Shown: positions 28,098 through 38,073, numbered from the stretch's first letter. The stretch is DNA of 64,000 nucleotides from Oceanispirochaeta sp. (GCA_963666275.2 CAXXOA010000002.1:96001-160000); one strand, 5' to 3'. The notes: generated by a model not told the origin, from the sequence alone. Translations and numbers: made by a program.

Positions 28098-29351
28098 TCA
28101 TTCCTCCATATTATTTCCGCGTATCAGGGCAAACTTGGAAATGGGCGGCCCGAATATCTCGTTTATAAAAACTGACATTAAAATGATACTGTTTAAAGCA
28201 ATGATTGCAGAAGCCGCTTCCGGAGGAGTGCCTTCTCCCAGATGCATTTCCGAGACAATATCCATCAAACCGATAGCCACACCCGCCTGGGGCAGCATAC
28301 AGAAGCCCAGATAGTTCCGGATTCTGGCATCTGTCCCAACCATCCGGCAACCCAGATAAACCCCGCCGTACTTGCCCAGAGCCCGGAAAATGATATACAC
28401 CGAACCCATCAGCAGGATCACGGGATTCAGGAACTGAACAGGATCCAGCTCCATTCCGGCCAGGACAAAGAACATGGCGTACAGAGGCGGAGTGATAGGC
28501 TGCAGCGCCTTGAAAATACGATGATTCCGGGGAGACATATTGATCAGGATTGTTCCGGCGGCCATATTGGTCAGAAGCGGAGACATTCCCAGCCCCATGA
28601 CAAGAACGGTATAGGAGAAGAAAAACCCCAGGGTGATGATCTGAACTTCGTTCTCGCTGCGGAGCCGGCATGTAGCCTGATGAATCAGATAGCCTCCGAC
28701 GGCTCCCAGTCCGATCTCCAGAAGTATATGCCCCAGGGCGGCACCGATGCCGTGACCGCTGCCGCTGATTCCCAGCATGGAACCGGCCATGGAGAAAATG
28801 ACACTGAAAAGGATAACACAGCCCGCATCATCCAGGGCGACTACCCCGTAGAGCATATCTACAAAGGTTCCATGGGCCTTCAGGGTCTGAACAATATGCA
28901 CTGTGGCGGCCGGAGCTGTGGCTGATGCGATCGCCCCCGCCAGAAGAGCCACAGGCAGAGGCAGACGGAGAGCCCACAGGGCCAGGGAGACCATGAGAAA
29001 GGCAGCTGTAATCTGAATTACCGTAACAACAGCCACATTTTTTCCCAGTCTTTTCAGCTTGGAAAAGGAGAACTCTCCCCCGATCGTGAGGGCAATGAGT
29101 CCCAGAGCAATCTGGGTAAAGATCCCCAGTGAGCGCTCCACTTCATGCGGAACAATGTGCAGGAATGACTTCCCTACAAGAAGACCGGCAAAAATATACC
29201 CTGTGATTTCCGGCAGTTTGACAACTCTGGCCATGCGGCCCAGATAGTACCCGGCAACCAGAATAACGCCAGCGGCAAAAAGCGGATGGACGTGCAGGTA
29301 TTCCCAAAGATGATGGAGTTCACTATTTAATTCGTTCATGGATAAGACCAT
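28098..29351 (-). CDS. Cation:proton antiporter (CPA2/Kef-type, no RCK domain)
   Basis: LPEITGYIFAG, ALGLIALTIGGEF, ATAPAAT, VVALDDA, FFVLAG, RALGKY, LPQAGVAIG, NEIFGPP. Confidence 0.9.
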   Translation of the reverse strand: MVLSMNELNSELHHLWEYLHVHPLFAAGVILVAGYYLGRMARVVKLPEITGYIFAGLLVGKSFLHIVPHEVERSLGIFTQIALGLIALTIGGEFSFSKLKRLGKNVAVVTVIQITAAFLMVSLALWALRLPLPVALLAGAIASATAPAATVHIVQTLKAHGTFVDMLYGVVALDDAGCVILFSVIFSMAGSMLGISGSGHGIGAALGHILLEIGLGAVGGYLIHQATCRLRSENEVQIITLGFFFSYTVLVMGLGMSPLLTNMAAGTILINMSPRNHRIFKALQPITPPLYAMFFVLAGMELDPVQFLNPVILLMGSVYIIFRALGKYGGVYLGCRMVGTDARIRNYLGFCMLPQAGVAIGLMDIVSEMHLGEGTPPEAASAIIALNSIILMSVFINEIFGPPISKFALIRGNNMEE

Positions 29352-29461
29352 TATAGGAGCAGACCCTGAAATTGGAAATCAAAAAAAAACCTGAAACACA
29401 GGAAACTCTCCAGAAGTTTATTATATACTGGTAAGTAATTCAGACAGGGAGTGAAATACAT

Positions 29462-31078
29462 ATGAAAAAAACATTGCCCACAACAGCCTATTTCTGCATG
29501 GAATACGGGCTTCATAATGACTTGAAAATATACGCCGGAGGCCTGGGAATTCTGGCAGGAGACTACCTGAAAGGCGCCCGGGACGAAGGCTACCCTGTTA
29601 TCGGCCTGGGAATAAAATGGAAGCAGGGCTATACAGATCAGTACATTGATAAAGAGGGGAAACCCTATGACAGTTATAAAAACTACGAATACGATCTGGA
29701 AGAGACGGGCGTGGAAATTCCTGTGACCATAAGGGACCGGGAAGTCTGGATCAAAGTCTGGAAAACCGAAGCCTACGGGAATGCCCCCCTTTACCTGCTC
29801 GATACGGACATTGATAAGAACAATGGAGAGGACCGCTGGATCTGCGGGCAGCTTTACGGATGGTTTAAAGAGGAGAGACTGGCTCAGGAGATTGTCCTGG
29901 GTATCGGAGGAGTCCGGGCACTGAGAGCTCTGAAGATCCCCGTGGATGTCTACCATTTCAACGAGGGGCATGCCCTTCTGGCGGCCATGGAACTGATCGA
30001 AGAAAAAAAAGCCGAAGGGCTCGGGTTTGAGGACGCCCTGGCAGCCACCCGGGAGTCGGTGGTATTCACAACCCATACCCCGGTTGTCCAGGGAAATGAA
30101 TCCCATGACCTGAGGACCATGGAATATATGGGAGCCTTCAGAGGCCTCAGCAGAAAACAGATGACAGCCATCGGGGGGGCCCCTTTCAATATGACAGTGG
30201 GGGCTCTGAGAGTTTCCCGGAAATCCAACGCGGTGGCCATGCTCCATGCGGAAACTGCGAATAAAATGTGGGCCCATGTAGAGGGCCGGTGTGACATCAT
30301 CGGGATAACCAACTGCATCCATACCCCCACATGGGTGGATGCACGCATTACAGAGGCCTATAAAAAGGGGAAAGAGATCCTTCCTGTTCACAATGAAATC
30401 AAGCAGGAGCTCATAGATTTTATAAAAGAGAGAACCGGATCATGCCTGAAGAAAGAGAAAATCCTCATAGGTTTCAGCCGCCGGGCAGCTCCCTACAAAA
30501 GGAGTGACCTGATTTTCTCGGACCCTGAGATCATTGAACCCTATCTGAAAAGCGGAGATCTTCAGATTGTCTTCTCCGGGAAGGCTCATCCCCAGGATGA
30601 CACAGGAAAAGGGATTGTTGCCAATCTTGTCAAGATGATGAAAACCTATCCTGACGCGGTTGTGTTCCTGGAGAACTACGACATGACCATCGGAAAAATG
30701 CTGACCAGAGGTTCTGACGTGTGGCTCAACAATCCGAGAAGACCCCAGGAAGCCAGCGGAACCAGCGGCATGAAAGCATCCATGAACGGAGTCCTGAACT
30801 GTTCTATCCTGGACGGCTGGTGGCCAGAGGCCTGTCTGGATGGGGAAAACGGCTGGCAGATCGGGGATGCCTTTGAATCGGACTCTATGGAAGAGCAGGA
30901 CGCCCACGACCTGAAAGCCCTCTATGATGTTCTCCTCAACAAAGTTCTGCCCACCTACTACAAAGACAAGGCAAAATGGGAGGAAATGATGAAGAAAAGC
31001 ATCAGCACCACCACGGAACCATTCGGTATGAAAAGGATGCTGGAAGACTACTTCCGGAAACTCTATACAGGAGAATAA
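29462..31078 (+). CDS. glgP: Alpha-glucan phosphorylase (compact form, 538 aa)
   Basis: AYFCMEYGL, YAGGLGILAGD, HFNEGH, FTTHTP, RRAAPYKR, GKAHPQD, EASGTSGMKASMNG (PLP site), DGWWPE. Confidence 0.95.
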   Translation: MKKTLPTTAYFCMEYGLHNDLKIYAGGLGILAGDYLKGARDEGYPVIGLGIKWKQGYTDQYIDKEGKPYDSYKNYEYDLEETGVEIPVTIRDREVWIKVWKTEAYGNAPLYLLDTDIDKNNGEDRWICGQLYGWFKEERLAQEIVLGIGGVRALRALKIPVDVYHFNEGHALLAAMELIEEKKAEGLGFEDALAATRESVVFTTHTPVVQGNESHDLRTMEYMGAFRGLSRKQMTAIGGAPFNMTVGALRVSRKSNAVAMLHAETANKMWAHVEGRCDIIGITNCIHTPTWVDARITEAYKKGKEILPVHNEIKQELIDFIKERTGSCLKKEKILIGFSRRAAPYKRSDLIFSDPEIIEPYLKSGDLQIVFSGKAHPQDDTGKGIVANLVKMMKTYPDAVVFLENYDMTIGKMLTRGSDVWLNNPRRPQEASGTSGMKASMNGVLNCSILDGWWPEACLDGENGWQIGDAFESDSMEEQDAHDLKALYDVLLNKVLPTYYKDKAKWEEMMKKSISTTTEPFGMKRMLEDYFRKLYTGE

Positions 31079-31091
31079 AGGAGTGACAGAA

Positions 31092-31439
31092 ATGGAAAAA
31101 GTCATGTTTTTCGCCTTTCAGGGAGAACCCGTCTGTTTTGCCCATGCCATGATGAATGTCCTGGAAATGCACAGCCGGGGATTTGAAGTAAAACTGATCA
31201 TAGAAGGAAAGGCCACGGCCCTGGTAGAGGACCTGGCCCGGGAGGACCATCCTCAGCATGCCCCCTATCAGAAGATTCTCGACCTGGGGCTGCTGGAAGG
31301 GGTCTGTCAGGCCTGCTGCCATCAGATGGGAACCCTGGATTTTGCCAGGGAGGCGGGGCTTACTCTGCTGTCCGATATGAACGGACACCCGGCCATGGGC
31401 CCCTACATTGAAAAAGGATTCAGAATTCTGACTCTCTGA
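31092..31439 (+). CDS. DsrE/DsrF-like protein
   Basis: CFAHAMMN, VKLIIEG.AT, VCQAC, GHPAM; follows glgP closely with AAGGAG RBS. Confidence 0.8.
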   Translation: MEKVMFFAFQGEPVCFAHAMMNVLEMHSRGFEVKLIIEGKATALVEDLAREDHPQHAPYQKILDLGLLEGVCQACCHQMGTLDFAREAGLTLLSDMNGHPAMGPYIEKGFRILTL

Positions 31440-31480
31440 CTTCAAATCCAGAGGAAATCTGTCTTAGAATAGTAATTAGT

Positions 31481-33802
31481 ATGATACAAAAGAAAGCAGA
31501 AACTCCGGGAATAGGTGAAGAAAACAAATATATAAGCAAAGCGAGAAGCCGCTTTCTCATGGAAAACATTCCCTATTCGATCCTGGCAAACGCCATACTG
31601 GCACTTCTGCTGTTTCTTATACTGAGAAATGATGTTCCTCTGAAAAGGATCGCTGTCACAGCCGGTACGATCTATTTCATTCTAGTGATGAGAGGGATAA
31701 CTTTTGTTCTGTTCAAAAAAGACAAGCCATTTCTGCATGTAAAAATTTGGAGGATTTCATACATAACAGGCATAGGACTTACAACCTTCGCCTGGAGTAT
31801 GACCTCCTGGTACTCTTTTCCGGTTGATTCGCCTATTTCTCAATTTTATCTTGTCCTGATCCTCTCGGGTATGATATCAGGATCACTGTTGAGCCTCTCT
31901 TCAGAATTCTGGATACTGATATCCTATGTGCAGCTCCTTCTGATCCCCCTTATCCTCAGGAATATTCTACTTCCCCAGGCTCACAGTACAGAGCTCATTA
32001 CAATGATGATTGTCTTTGACCTGTTCATTTCCGGGACCTCCTGGAATCATCATATGAGACTTTTACGGTTTTTCCGCCTCGAATACAGTCAGAAGAACGC
32101 TCTGAGGAAGCTGAACCTGAGCGAACAGAAATTTTATCAGATTTTTCATGAAGCTCCTTCTGGAATCTACTACTACAATGAGGATCTGATCATAGAGGAA
32201 GCCAATAACGGATTGGCTGATATTCTTAATTACCCCCTGGAAAAACTAAAAGGCTTTGATCTGAGAGCAGTCAGAGATCTGAGACTGATTCCTACCCTGG
32301 AAAAGGTCTTTGATGGAGAATCCGGATTCTATGAGGGGGAATACAACCTGACTACATCCGAAGGGAAACGGATCATATCGCTGCATACCTCACCCATGGA
32401 GGATACTTCTGGCAATATTATCGGCGGGATAGGAATCGTTCAGGATATTACCGAAAAAACCATGATACAGAAGGAAATCGAGTATCAGGCCTATCATGAT
32501 ACCCTGACGGGACTTCCCAACAGACAGCTCCTTATGGACCGCCTATCCCAGGCTTTGAAAAGTACCCGCCGGCACAAACACAAGGGAGTCCTTTTCTATC
32601 TGGACCTGGATAAATTCAAGCTTATCAATGATTCTATGGGACACCAGATAGGAGACAAGCTGCTCATAGAAGTGGCAGACCGCCTGACAGAGGTTCTGAG
32701 ACAGGAGGACACAGTCGCCAGGATGGGAGGAGATGAGTTCGTCATACTCCTGCCGGAAGTAACAGACGACAAAGAATCCTCTGTGATTGTAGCCGGAATG
32801 GTCTCGGAAAAGATTCACCAGACCCTCTCTGACCCCTTTGACCTGGATAGCCATAGAATCCGAACCTCCACCAGTATCGGAGCCATTATCTTTGACGGAC
32901 AGGAAGAATCACCCGATCAGGTTCTGAAGTTTGCGGATACGGCCATGTACCATGCCAAAGACCAGGGACGGAGCCGGACCAGCTTTTTTCATAAAGAGAT
33001 GGATGCGATTCTTCAGGAACAGATGTCTCTGGAAAAAGACCTTTCCGAGGCATTAAAGAGCGAAACTCTTGAGATCTACATTCAGCCCATAGTGAGGATT
33101 GACAGGAAGAGAATCTGCGGCGCCGAAGCCCTTTTACGCTGGTTCCACCCGGAGAAAGGATTTATCAACCCTGAAAAGATCATTCATACCGCAGAAAAAT
33201 CCGGGCAGATTATACCCCTGGGAAAATGGATCATGAAGAGGTCCCTTGAGATATACAGGGAACTGAAAAACCGGGACGGTTGTGAACTGGACTACATATC
33301 CATCAACCTCAGCGTCAATCAGATCCTTCAGCAGAACTTTGTGAGAGAGACCCTGGCATTGCTGGAAGAATCAGAAATCCCCTTTGAGAGAATCATCCTG
33401 GAGATAACGGAAAATATTTTTATCCGGGACTTTGAGAATACAATAAGCAAAATGCAGGAACTGAGAGACAGGGGAGTACAGTTTGCCCTGGATGACTTCG
33501 GAACTGGATATTCCTCCCTGTCCTACCTGAAGAAACTGCCTCTGGACAAGCTGAAAATTGACAAATCCTTTACTGAGAACCTGATGAGTGACAGAAGCAG
33601 TTTTGCCCTGGTGGAAACCATTATGAAGATTGCCGAACAGTTCGGGCTTCAGGTCATTACCGAAGGGGTGGAAGAGAAGGAGCAGATCGACGCCCTGGAG
33701 GGGATGGAATGCTCCTTCTATCAGGGGTATTACTGCAGCAAACCCCTCAAACCGGAGGATTTTGCCCGGTTTGCAGAGGAGTTCAACCGCAGGAACAGTT
33801 AA
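31481..33802 (+). CDS. Membrane-bound PAS-GGDEF-EAL diguanylate cyclase/phosphodiesterase
   Basis: Multi-TM N-terminus; PAS; HDTLTGLPNR, DLDKFK..GHQIGD, RMGGDEF; EALLRW, LEITE, DDFGTGYSSL, EGVE, QGYY. Confidence 0.95.
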   Translation: MIQKKAETPGIGEENKYISKARSRFLMENIPYSILANAILALLLFLILRNDVPLKRIAVTAGTIYFILVMRGITFVLFKKDKPFLHVKIWRISYITGIGLTTFAWSMTSWYSFPVDSPISQFYLVLILSGMISGSLLSLSSEFWILISYVQLLLIPLILRNILLPQAHSTELITMMIVFDLFISGTSWNHHMRLLRFFRLEYSQKNALRKLNLSEQKFYQIFHEAPSGIYYYNEDLIIEEANNGLADILNYPLEKLKGFDLRAVRDLRLIPTLEKVFDGESGFYEGEYNLTTSEGKRIISLHTSPMEDTSGNIIGGIGIVQDITEKTMIQKEIEYQAYHDTLTGLPNRQLLMDRLSQALKSTRRHKHKGVLFYLDLDKFKLINDSMGHQIGDKLLIEVADRLTEVLRQEDTVARMGGDEFVILLPEVTDDKESSVIVAGMVSEKIHQTLSDPFDLDSHRIRTSTSIGAIIFDGQEESPDQVLKFADTAMYHAKDQGRSRTSFFHKEMDAILQEQMSLEKDLSEALKSETLEIYIQPIVRIDRKRICGAEALLRWFHPEKGFINPEKIIHTAEKSGQIIPLGKWIMKRSLEIYRELKNRDGCELDYISINLSVNQILQQNFVRETLALLEESEIPFERIILEITENIFIRDFENTISKMQELRDRGVQFALDDFGTGYSSLSYLKKLPLDKLKIDKSFTENLMSDRSSFALVETIMKIAEQFGLQVITEGVEEKEQIDALEGMECSFYQGYYCSKPLKPEDFARFAEEFNRRNS

Positions 33803-34923
33803 GAGGTACTCTGTTTGGCCCTGTACTTCTCCACTTCCCAGTTGTTGATGAAATCAATTTTATCCTGAGGCATGAACCGGACGCCTCCGAAGTTTTCACT
33901 CAGTACAGAGACCTTCACAGCATCCTGAAATAGAACCCGGGAAAGATCCGCTTCTTTCTGAGAAACCCCGCAGGAGATTATGCCCCGGTTCTGAACCAGG
34001 ATGGTTTTCGGTTTTTTACCGTAAGCCTTTTCATAGGATACGACGCCCTTAACCAGAGCGGCCGTCATTGCTTCAGGGGAGCCCTCCTCTATCCAGAGGG
34101 GCTCATGCCCCATATAGACGATGTGATCCGGAGTAAGCGCTGAAAAGACAGGGGCCGCCGCCTCTCTGCTGACAAGCCAGGGATCACACTGACGGATTCT
34201 GTAGAAGTGAAATCCGCAGGAGGGGCCGTAGGCGCGGCTGACCGCTTTCTGCAGATCTGCGGCAAGAGCCTGATCAGCAGGAAGTTCTTTCATATCGGGA
34301 GTGATGGATATTTTCGTTTCCAGTTTCCCCATAAGGAACTCATAGCGCTTATCCACATCGCTGATGCTGTCTCCGCCTGTGAAGACACCATGATTCTGAA
34401 GGATAATGTACTCGGGAAAGTCCTTCCCTTCGGAAGTGAATTCCTCCACCCTGTCTTTCACATACCGGGCCAGGACATATCCCGGATTCACCACGGGAAT
34501 CCAGAGCATTTTATCTCCCAGGAGTTCCCGGGCGATCTCCTCCCCCCTGACAGCACAGGATAATCCGTTCATAAGGGCGGGATGGGTATGGACCACATAT
34601 TTATAGGGGATAAAACTGTGAAGCAGGGTTTCCACACTGGGACGGGCGCTTTCGCCTTCCAGCCGGGCCTCCATCAGGTCCTGCAGAGCCCGGTCCTCCC
34701 TTTCCTCTGTATTTTCGGGATAGTCGGCAGTCCAGATAGCATCCAGACCGGACTGATCCATTTTTACAAAACCCTTTTCATCTATTTCCGCCATGGAGGA
34801 TCCCGAGGCCTTCACATACATGACCCCTTTTTCTTTCAGAGAGGTATTCCCTCCCCCGGCCAGGACGTAATCCGGGTTTCCGCCGTAGCGCCGGGTTACT
34901 TCAATAAGCTCGTCTACAGACAT
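33799..34923 (-). CDS. Class II aldolase, probable rhamnulose-1-phosphate aldolase
   Basis: GGGNTSLK, KASGS, RPSVETLLH, VVHTHP, LQNHG, TPDH, NWEVEKYR; directly downstream of rhaA. Confidence 0.82.
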   Translation of the reverse strand: MSVDELIEVTRRYGGNPDYVLAGGGNTSLKEKGVMYVKASGSSMAEIDEKGFVKMDQSGLDAIWTADYPENTEEREDRALQDLMEARLEGESARPSVETLLHSFIPYKYVVHTHPALMNGLSCAVRGEEIARELLGDKMLWIPVVNPGYVLARYVKDRVEEFTSEGKDFPEYIILQNHGVFTGGDSISDVDKRYEFLMGKLETKISITPDMKELPADQALAADLQKAVSRAYGPSCGFHFYRIRQCDPWLVSREAAAPVFSALTPDHIVYMGHEPLWIEEGSPEAMTAALVKGVVSYEKAYGKKPKTILVQNRGIISCGVSQKEADLSRVLFQDAVKVSVLSENFGGVRFMPQDKIDFINNWEVEKYRAKQSTS

Positions 34924-34925
34924 TT

Positions 34926-36191
34926 TCAGCTCCTTCGGGCAAGGACTTTCTTTTCATAGTCCAGTACATTCGCGATTAGCTCCGCTTCGGTGGGAACACC
35001 CATCTGCTGACAGTAGTAGTCCCAGATAATACCGGAAGGCATGGACTTCAGCTGTTCCAGCATCGCCAGGCGGGCAAAACTGTTGCCTTCCAGATCGTAC
35101 TGTTTCAGAGTGTCCGAAGGTTCCAGGTATCCCATGAGCAGTCCTTTCAGGGTCGCTCTGGAACCGATGGCATAGGCTCCGATTCTGTTGATGGTCCCAT
35201 CGAAAAAGTCCAGACCGATGTGTGTATCCTTTACCCGCTGACAGCGGACAATCTCTTCTGTGAGATAGCGGATATCGTCGTTGAGAATGACCACATGATC
35301 GCTGTCCCATCTCATGGGCCGGCTGACATGAAGGAGGACTTCATCAAAAAACTGATAGATCGAAGAGAGCTTATCAGCGATCAGCTCTGTGGGATGGAAG
35401 TGTCCCAGGTCGAGACAGACCATTTTTTTCCGGCTCATGGCGTATCCCATATAGAATTCATGAGATCCCACAACGAAGGCTTCGCTTCCAATGCCAAACA
35501 GCTTGGTTTCCACAGCATCTCTCATTTCAGAGGCGGGAAACTCTTTTTTGAAGACCTCATCCAGAGCTTCTGCCAGGACGGCCCTGTATCCGGCCCTGTC
35601 CACGGGAAGATCCTTGGACCCGTCGGGTACCCAGGTATTGATAATGGAAGGGGTTCCCAGGGCTTTACCGAAGGAAGCGGCGACTTCCCGGCTCTTCTGT
35701 CCATGACGAATCCAGAAATCCCGGACTGTTTTATCTTTACTGGAAAGGGTATAGCCGCTGTCTGCCATAGGATGGGAGAAGAAGGATCCGTTATAGTCCA
35801 GTCCCAGGCCTCTTTCTTTCGCCCAGTCGATCCATCCCGTAAAGTGCTCGGGGCCGATCTCGTCTCTTTCCACTTTCTTTCCGTTGAACTCACCGTATAT
35901 AGAGTGCAGATTCAGCCTGTGTTTTCCCGGAATCAGAGAGTAGGCTTTATCCAGATCCTCCCGCATTTCTGCAATGGACCGGGATTTTCCGGGATAATTT
36001 CCCGTCACCTGAATACCACCGCCCGAAAGGGTGGAATCGGGAGTTTCAAAGCCTCCCACGTCATCTGTCTGCCAGCAGTGGATGGACAGGGCTACTTTTT
36101 TCAGAGCCTCAAGAGCCTTATCTGTGTCTACACCCAGTTCGGCATAGGCTTCTTTAGCGTAATTATACATATTTTCCAGTTTATCACTCAT
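34926..36191 (-). CDS. rhaA: L-rhamnose isomerase
   Basis: SIHCWQTDDVGGFE, TGNYPG, HRLNLH, DAVETKLFGIGSE, GSHEFY, DLGHFHPTE, HVSRPMRWDSDHVV, GLDFFD. Confidence 0.95.
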   Translation of the reverse strand: MSDKLENMYNYAKEAYAELGVDTDKALEALKKVALSIHCWQTDDVGGFETPDSTLSGGGIQVTGNYPGKSRSIAEMREDLDKAYSLIPGKHRLNLHSIYGEFNGKKVERDEIGPEHFTGWIDWAKERGLGLDYNGSFFSHPMADSGYTLSSKDKTVRDFWIRHGQKSREVAASFGKALGTPSIINTWVPDGSKDLPVDRAGYRAVLAEALDEVFKKEFPASEMRDAVETKLFGIGSEAFVVGSHEFYMGYAMSRKKMVCLDLGHFHPTELIADKLSSIYQFFDEVLLHVSRPMRWDSDHVVILNDDIRYLTEEIVRCQRVKDTHIGLDFFDGTINRIGAYAIGSRATLKGLLMGYLEPSDTLKQYDLEGNSFARLAMLEQLKSMPSGIIWDYYCQQMGVPTEAELIANVLDYEKKVLARRS

Positions 36192-36280
36192 TTGATTTTC
36201 CTCCGTATATTCCCATATTAGGGGTGGTCAGCGAATAAAACCTTGACGATCCTCCCGATTATTAGCACAATATTATCACC

Positions 36281-37135
36281 ATGTTCCAATTGAACAGACC
36301 TGATTTTTTTGACTCGAAAGATGAGCCGATCAAGCTTATAAGGCGCTCTCCCCAGATTCCCTATCCACTGCATAACCATGATTTTTCCGAACTTGTGATT
36401 ATCATGAGCGGCACAGGGGAGCATTTTACCGAACAGGGATCCTACAGACTGAAAGCGGGAGATGTCTTTGTCATTCACAGCGGGACATCCCACGGTTATA
36501 AAGATCTGGAAGATCTTTACCTGGTCAACATACTGTTCACACCGGAGAATCTGCCCCTTCCCTTTCTTGATATTGCCTATATTCCGGGATTTCAAGCCCT
36601 TTTCCGCCTGGAACCACAGTACAGGGATTCTCATCAGTTTGCCAGCCGGCTGGAACTGAAACCGGATGATCTGACCAAGGTCACATTCCTGCTGGATAAA
36701 ATGGAAAGAGAGTATACCTACAGGCAGAAGGGCTGCAACTATATGGCCGCTGTCTCCTTTCTGGAACTGGTGGGCCTTCTGAGCCGCTGTTACGACAGGT
36801 CCGAGAGCGTTCAGAACAGGGAACTGTTAAGAATTGCCCGGGGGATAAGCTACCTGGAGCACAATCTTACCCAGCAGGTAAGCCTGGAGGAACTGGAAGA
36901 GATGACAGGAATGTCCAGCAGCTCTCTCAACAGACATTTCAGGAGGGTCTGCGGGGTTCCCCCGGTGGAGTACCATATCCATCTGAAAATCCGGAAAGCC
37001 TGTTCTCTTCTCAAAAGAACAGATCTGAGCATTACAGAGATTGCCTATTCCTCGGGATTTGAAGACAGCAACTACTTTTCCAGACAGTTCCGCAAGGTCA
37101 TGGGGACCTCTCCCAGTACCTACAGGAAGAGCTGA
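36281..37135 (+). CDS. AraC-family regulator, RhaS/RhaR-like
   Basis: Cupin HNHDFSELVII..G.G.H; C-terminal HTH SITEIAYSSGFEDSNYFSRQFRK; divergent from rhaA. Confidence 0.9.
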   Translation: MFQLNRPDFFDSKDEPIKLIRRSPQIPYPLHNHDFSELVIIMSGTGEHFTEQGSYRLKAGDVFVIHSGTSHGYKDLEDLYLVNILFTPENLPLPFLDIAYIPGFQALFRLEPQYRDSHQFASRLELKPDDLTKVTFLLDKMEREYTYRQKGCNYMAAVSFLELVGLLSRCYDRSESVQNRELLRIARGISYLEHNLTQQVSLEELEEMTGMSSSSLNRHFRRVCGVPPVEYHIHLKIRKACSLLKRTDLSITEIAYSSGFEDSNYFSRQFRKVMGTSPSTYRKS

Positions 37136-37328
37136 CCCTTCGGCACTTCGACTTCGCTCAGTGGAGCCCTCTGCTCAGGGACCACCCTTCGGCACTTCGA
37201 CTTCGCTCAGTGGAGCCCTCTGCTCAGGGACCACCCTTCGGCACTTCGACGTCGCTCAGTGGAGCCCTCCGCTCAGGGACCTCCCTTCGACACTTCGACT
37301 TCGCTCAATACAGGCCCGCTCAGGGACT
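37136..37328. repeat. Four tandem 49-bp REP-like units with nested CTTCG...GCTCAG motifs
   Basis: Units start at 37136, 37185, 37234 and 37283; consensus CCCTTCGGCACTTCGACTTCGCTCAGTGGAGCCCTCTGCTCAGGGACCA. Confidence 0.92.
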
Positions 37329-37337
37329 TCCCCTGGA

Positions 37338-37982
37338 CTACTGCGGTTTCAGGCCTGTTCCTATGATCACTTTATTGTGATGGAGAAAGGTTCTGATCCC
37401 TGTAAAACCGGACTCTTCAAGGATGGCTTTCATATCCTGCACCGTCAGACTGCCGTGATGCCCTCCCGGAGAGGAATCTCCCGGAAAATCGGCAATAAAG
37501 ACACGTCCTCCCGGTTTCAGAAGACGGAAAAGTTCCTCTGAGGCTCTGGACGGATCGGAAAGGTAGTGCCAGACAAAAAGGGAGATAGCCGCATCGGCAA
37601 CATCATCGGCCAGGGGGACATCCCGGATATCGCACTCCAGAACTTCCACGCGCCTGTTGATTCTCTTTTTCCGGACCCGCCGGGCCAGTTCATCCAGCAT
37701 TTCCGGGGACTGATCCAGAGCCAGGATTTTGCCGTTCCGGAGGACTTCCGCCAGCATGAAGGTATAAAACCCCGATCCGCTCCCCGCATCCACGACCATT
37801 TCGGTACCGGACAGGCCCAGATAGGCCAGGGCTTCTTTTCCGGGAAACCCGTAGGATCGTTCAAAAAATTTCCGGAAAATCCCCAGATACTGCCGGGCCT
37901 TCCTTTTTCCGGCTCGCCCTCTGTAAAGTGCAGTATTCTCCCTTTCCGACTCGGCCATGACAACTCCTGTAAGGTTTTTCAT
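37338..37982 (-). CDS. Class I SAM-dependent methyltransferase (UbiE-like)
   Basis: VVDAGSGSG, ALDQSPEML, LFRLLKPGGRVFIADF. Confidence 0.88.
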   Translation of the reverse strand: MKNLTGVVMAESERENTALYRGRAGKRKARQYLGIFRKFFERSYGFPGKEALAYLGLSGTEMVVDAGSGSGFYTFMLAEVLRNGKILALDQSPEMLDELARRVRKKRINRRVEVLECDIRDVPLADDVADAAISLFVWHYLSDPSRASEELFRLLKPGGRVFIADFPGDSSPGGHHGSLTVQDMKAILEESGFTGIRTFLHHNKVIIGTGLKPQ

Positions 37983-38073
37983 TTATTTATAATTGTAGCA
38001 ATTTAAGAATTTCTGTCAAAGTTATAATACCTTCCATAGACTAATGATATCCCCGGGTATATGATTGTCCGCT

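Noticed and set aside
37136..37328. 49-bp array as CRISPR, and the ORF 37041-37541 crossing it
   Set aside because: No unique spacers (head-to-tail tandem). The ORF overlaps two real genes and merely translates the repeat.
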